From the human T2T-CHM13v2.0 reference genome, Homo sapiens, in the NCBI RefSeq assembly GCF_009914755.1, contig NC_060926.1: a DNA stretch of 64,000 bases, one strand, 5' to 3'. The position numbers and the translations under genes were made by a program. The notes below the pieces were generated by a model. The model searched no databases, was not told the origin of the DNA, and saw nothing but the letters and a program-made list of their open reading frames with translations. Position 1 is the first letter of the stretch, and every line of letters begins with the position of its first letter. This document shows, one piece after another, positions 59,324 through 64,000 of this stretch.

Positions 59324-59329
59324 AATAAA
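59324..59329 (+). terminator. LTR polyadenylation signal AATAAA, sense to BMPR2
   Basis: TTGC-AATAAA-TCTTGC in the R region, followed by T/GT-rich sequence (CTCTTTGGGT, CTGTTTTTATG). Confidence 0.75.
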
Positions 59330-59692
59330 TCTTGCTACTGCTCACTCTTTGGGTCCATACTGTTTTTATGAGCTGTAACACTCCCCGCAAAGGTCTGCAG
59401 CTTCACTCCTGAAGCCAGCGAGACCAGGAGCCCACCAGGAGGAATGAACAACTCCAGACACGCCGCCTCAAGAGCTGTAACACTCACCGCGAAGGTCTGC
59501 AGCTTCACTCCTGAGCCAGCGAGACCACAAACCCACCAGAAGGAAGAAACTCTGAACACATCCGAACATCAGAAGGAACAAACTCCAGACGCACCACCTG
59601 AAGAGCTGTAACACTCACTGCGAGGGTCCGTGGCTTCATTCCTGAAGTCAGTGAGACCAAGAACCCACCAATTCCGGACACACTACCAATAA

Positions 59693-60023
<331 letters not shown>

Positions 60024-61035
60024 TGAGCCACCATGCCTGACCCATCATAGTAGATTCTTAAGGATGCTTTCTACAAATGCATTGTGCTAGTTGGATATCT
60101 TTTGGCATGATTGTTACACGTTTGGCATGGATAACATACAGGTTAATGTCTTCAAAAAGGCCAACCAGATAGGCCTACTGAACCAAAGAGATAGCTATTT
60201 TCAAAATACCAATAGCTGTACTCTAGATGTGCCAATCTATTTTGAAGTCCCAAACAATTTCTCACCTCAGACACTGGAAGAAAATTTGCCAATCAGAAGT
60301 TCAGGGGACTTCTGATTAGGACTTATTACAGAGTGCCTCGCAAATAGGTCTGTAATTCTGAGGTTTCTTCACCTATCCTGTAGAGGACACTCTCTTAGGA
60401 GCAGCTTTTTTTTTTTTTTTTTTTTTAATAAATTTTGGAAACAGGATTTTACTCTGTCTTCTAGGCCGCAGTGTAGTGGCGCAATCATAGTTCACTGCAG
60501 CCTGCAACTCCTGAGCTCAAGCAACCCTCCCAACTCAGCCTCCTGAGTAGCTGGGATTACAGGTGTGAGCACTGTGCTTGGTCTCTTATGAGCAACTTTT
60601 GTAACCACTTGCTTACTGGATGCTTTACTTCCAGTTGATTTATGGACATTGTTGTGCCTTTTATGAGCCATGGTATAGAGACCTCCTTACTTACTCTCCT
60701 CCTTTGGCTGGAGCTTGGCAAGCTAGAGGTGGTGCTGGCACTCTATAACCACTTTATTTTATGGATAAAGAAGTAAGAGCCTAGAAAAATTATATAATTT
60801 GTCCACAGTGGCTAAAGTGGGACTAAAACTTATGAGCTCTTTTCACTAAACTACTTTACCACTGTTACCTGAAATATTTTGGGAGTGTAATATTATCAAT
60901 AATAGACTACTTATTTCCTAACAACTGGTTGTTAATGATAATGTTAAATTATAGTTAAATTTTGAAGTTAAATCACTGTTCGTCATGGTTGCTAATATTT
61001 GATGTAATGCCTTAGGACAAATTTTCCTACCTAGG

Positions 61036-61684
<649 letters not shown>

Positions 61685-61702
61685 GCCGGGTGCGGTGGCT
61701 CA

Positions 61703-61988
<286 letters not shown>

Positions 61989-62687
61989 TTAGCCGGGCAT
62001 AGTGGCGTGCACCTGTAATCCCAGCTACTCGGGAGGCTGAGGCAGGAGAATTGCTAGAGCCTGGGAGACGAAGGTTGTAGTGACCCGAGATCGTGCCATT
62101 GGACTCCAGTGTGTGCAAGAGAGTGAGACTCTGCCTTAAAAAAAAAAAAAAAAAAAGGAATTCATTAAATGTTCAGCTGTTTCTTCCTCCTCACATGTAC
62201 AGTGGTGTCCTCCTCCACTCACTGCTTTACCTAGGATAAGAGCAGCCTTGGGTCTCTTCACTCTTGGAAGAGTCTTTTCATATTCTACTTTTAAATCCAT
62301 TTAGTTTCCTTTTGTCCTTAGATCTTATTTTTAAAGAAAAGGTTATGATTTTTAGGTTTTCTGACTTGTTATCAGGGAAGTGTTTTGGCTTGTTACTAAG
62401 ATGGGAATAAAATTCTTTGCATCTTTGTATACTCTAAGCAGAAGTGGGAGTCACTTTTTTTCACATTGGTCGAGACAGCATCTTGCTCTGTCACCCAGAC
62501 TGGAGTGTGGTAACACAATTATGGCTCACTGCATCCTCGAACTGCTGGGCATGAGCAGTCCTCCTGCCTCAGCCTCCCAAGTAACTGGGACTATAGGCAT
62601 GCACTACCACACCCAGCTAATTTTTTATTTTTTGTAGAGACAAAGTCTTGCTCTATCACCCAGGCTGATCTCAAGCTCCTGGCCTAA

Positions 62688-62999
<312 letters not shown>

Positions 63000-63002
63000 T
63001 GA

Positions 63003-63431
<429 letters not shown>

Positions 63432-63599
63432 TGAGCCACTGCACCCAGCTGAGTCTATTATTTCCTTATCACCAAGAAAAAGAAATACCATCAAGTAATT
63501 TTACAATGCCACAAATATGATATATCCCACTGTAGGAGATTTTAAGGTGTGATCAATGTATGTATTAAAATTGATGAAATATGGGAGTTGTCACCTATG

Positions 63600-64000
63600 T
63601 AAATGTGAACTTGATTGTTAACTCTGGCAGAATGTCCACTCAGCAGCAACCCTTCAGTGTTTCTGTCAACAAACCATATGAGAAGTCAGATGAGTTGTAT
63701 TGTTTGAAAATGTTTCATTGGATAACAAAATGTTGATGGTTGCTAACGCTTAGTGATGGGCATTTGGAATTTGTATGTACACTCCACTTCTGTATATAGT
63801 AGTAAGTTTTTTATAATAAAAAGATTAAAACTAGAACAAGCAACCTTCCATTGGCACTTTCTGGCATGATCAAGAAAGCATCTGCATTAAAATTTTCAGT
63901 GTCGTGTTAGTGGATGGAAAGAAAATTCCAGAGACAAAAGTCAAAAGAATGTTTTAAAGAAATGTTGGGTTATGATCTCAGTGATGTTTTTAATGACACA
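63600..64000 (+). mobile_element. Degenerate pogo/Tc2-like (Kanga-type) transposase relic
   Basis: CAGCAACCCTTCAGTGTTTCTGTCAACAAACCA resembles the LQPLDVSVNKPF DDE motif; later WKKIPET and FKKC-like stretches. Confidence 0.5.

Larger units (their letters stand above)
51793..59682 (+). mobile_element. HERV9 (ERV9) provirus with LTR12C-type LTRs, defective, sense to BMPR2, in intron 3
   Basis: Starts TGAGAGG and ends GGACACA, with a 4-bp TSD CTAC (51789-51792 and 59683-59686). Internal order is gag-pro-pol-env remnant-PPT-LTR. Confidence 0.95.
58269..59682 (+). mobile_element. Complete 3' LTR12C (1414 bp)
   Basis: TG...CA termini, GC-rich U3, ~41-bp TCTAGCTCA/CACCAAT repeats, R-region AATAAA and three U5 GAGCTGTAACACTC repeats. 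Confidence 0.93.

Noticed and set aside
60058-60671. Functional histone H3 variant gene
   Set aside because: Frameshifts, an in-frame stop, many substitutions and an Alu monomer inside the CDS.

Overview
Human genomic DNA (an AluYb8 copy is present) from inside the BMPR2 gene on the + strand: the 3' part of intron 1, coding exon 2 (19848-20018), a GC-AG intron 2, coding exon 3 (22558-22728) and a large part of intron 3. The introns carry roughly 80 Alu copies (count by eye) plus L1, L2, MIR, MaLR, ERVL-type LTR and DNA-transposon relics; nearly all ORFs in the supplied track are Alu/L1/LTR artefacts. Intron 3 holds a nested stack: a MIR split by a minus-strand processed pseudogene of histone H3.3 (H3F3A), itself interrupted by three Alu-family inserts and by a 7.9-kb HERV9/LTR12C provirus (51793-59682, TSD CTAC) in the same orientation as BMPR2. 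The provirus has lost the promoter/poly(A) half of its 5' LTR and its PBS. It keeps a 382-codon Gag MA-CA frame behind a strong splice acceptor, a lightly damaged pro-pol, an Env TM remnant and a complete 3' LTR. The main leads, all untested inferences, are provirus-driven BMPR2 isoforms (soluble or Env-anchored ectodomain decoys, a poison exon, an LTR12C internal promoter), a stop-free 342-nt exon 2-3 circle, and a SMAD/FOX/ETS motif cluster near 49.5 kb. Repeat subfamily names come from recalled consensus sequences and were not run through RepeatMasker.
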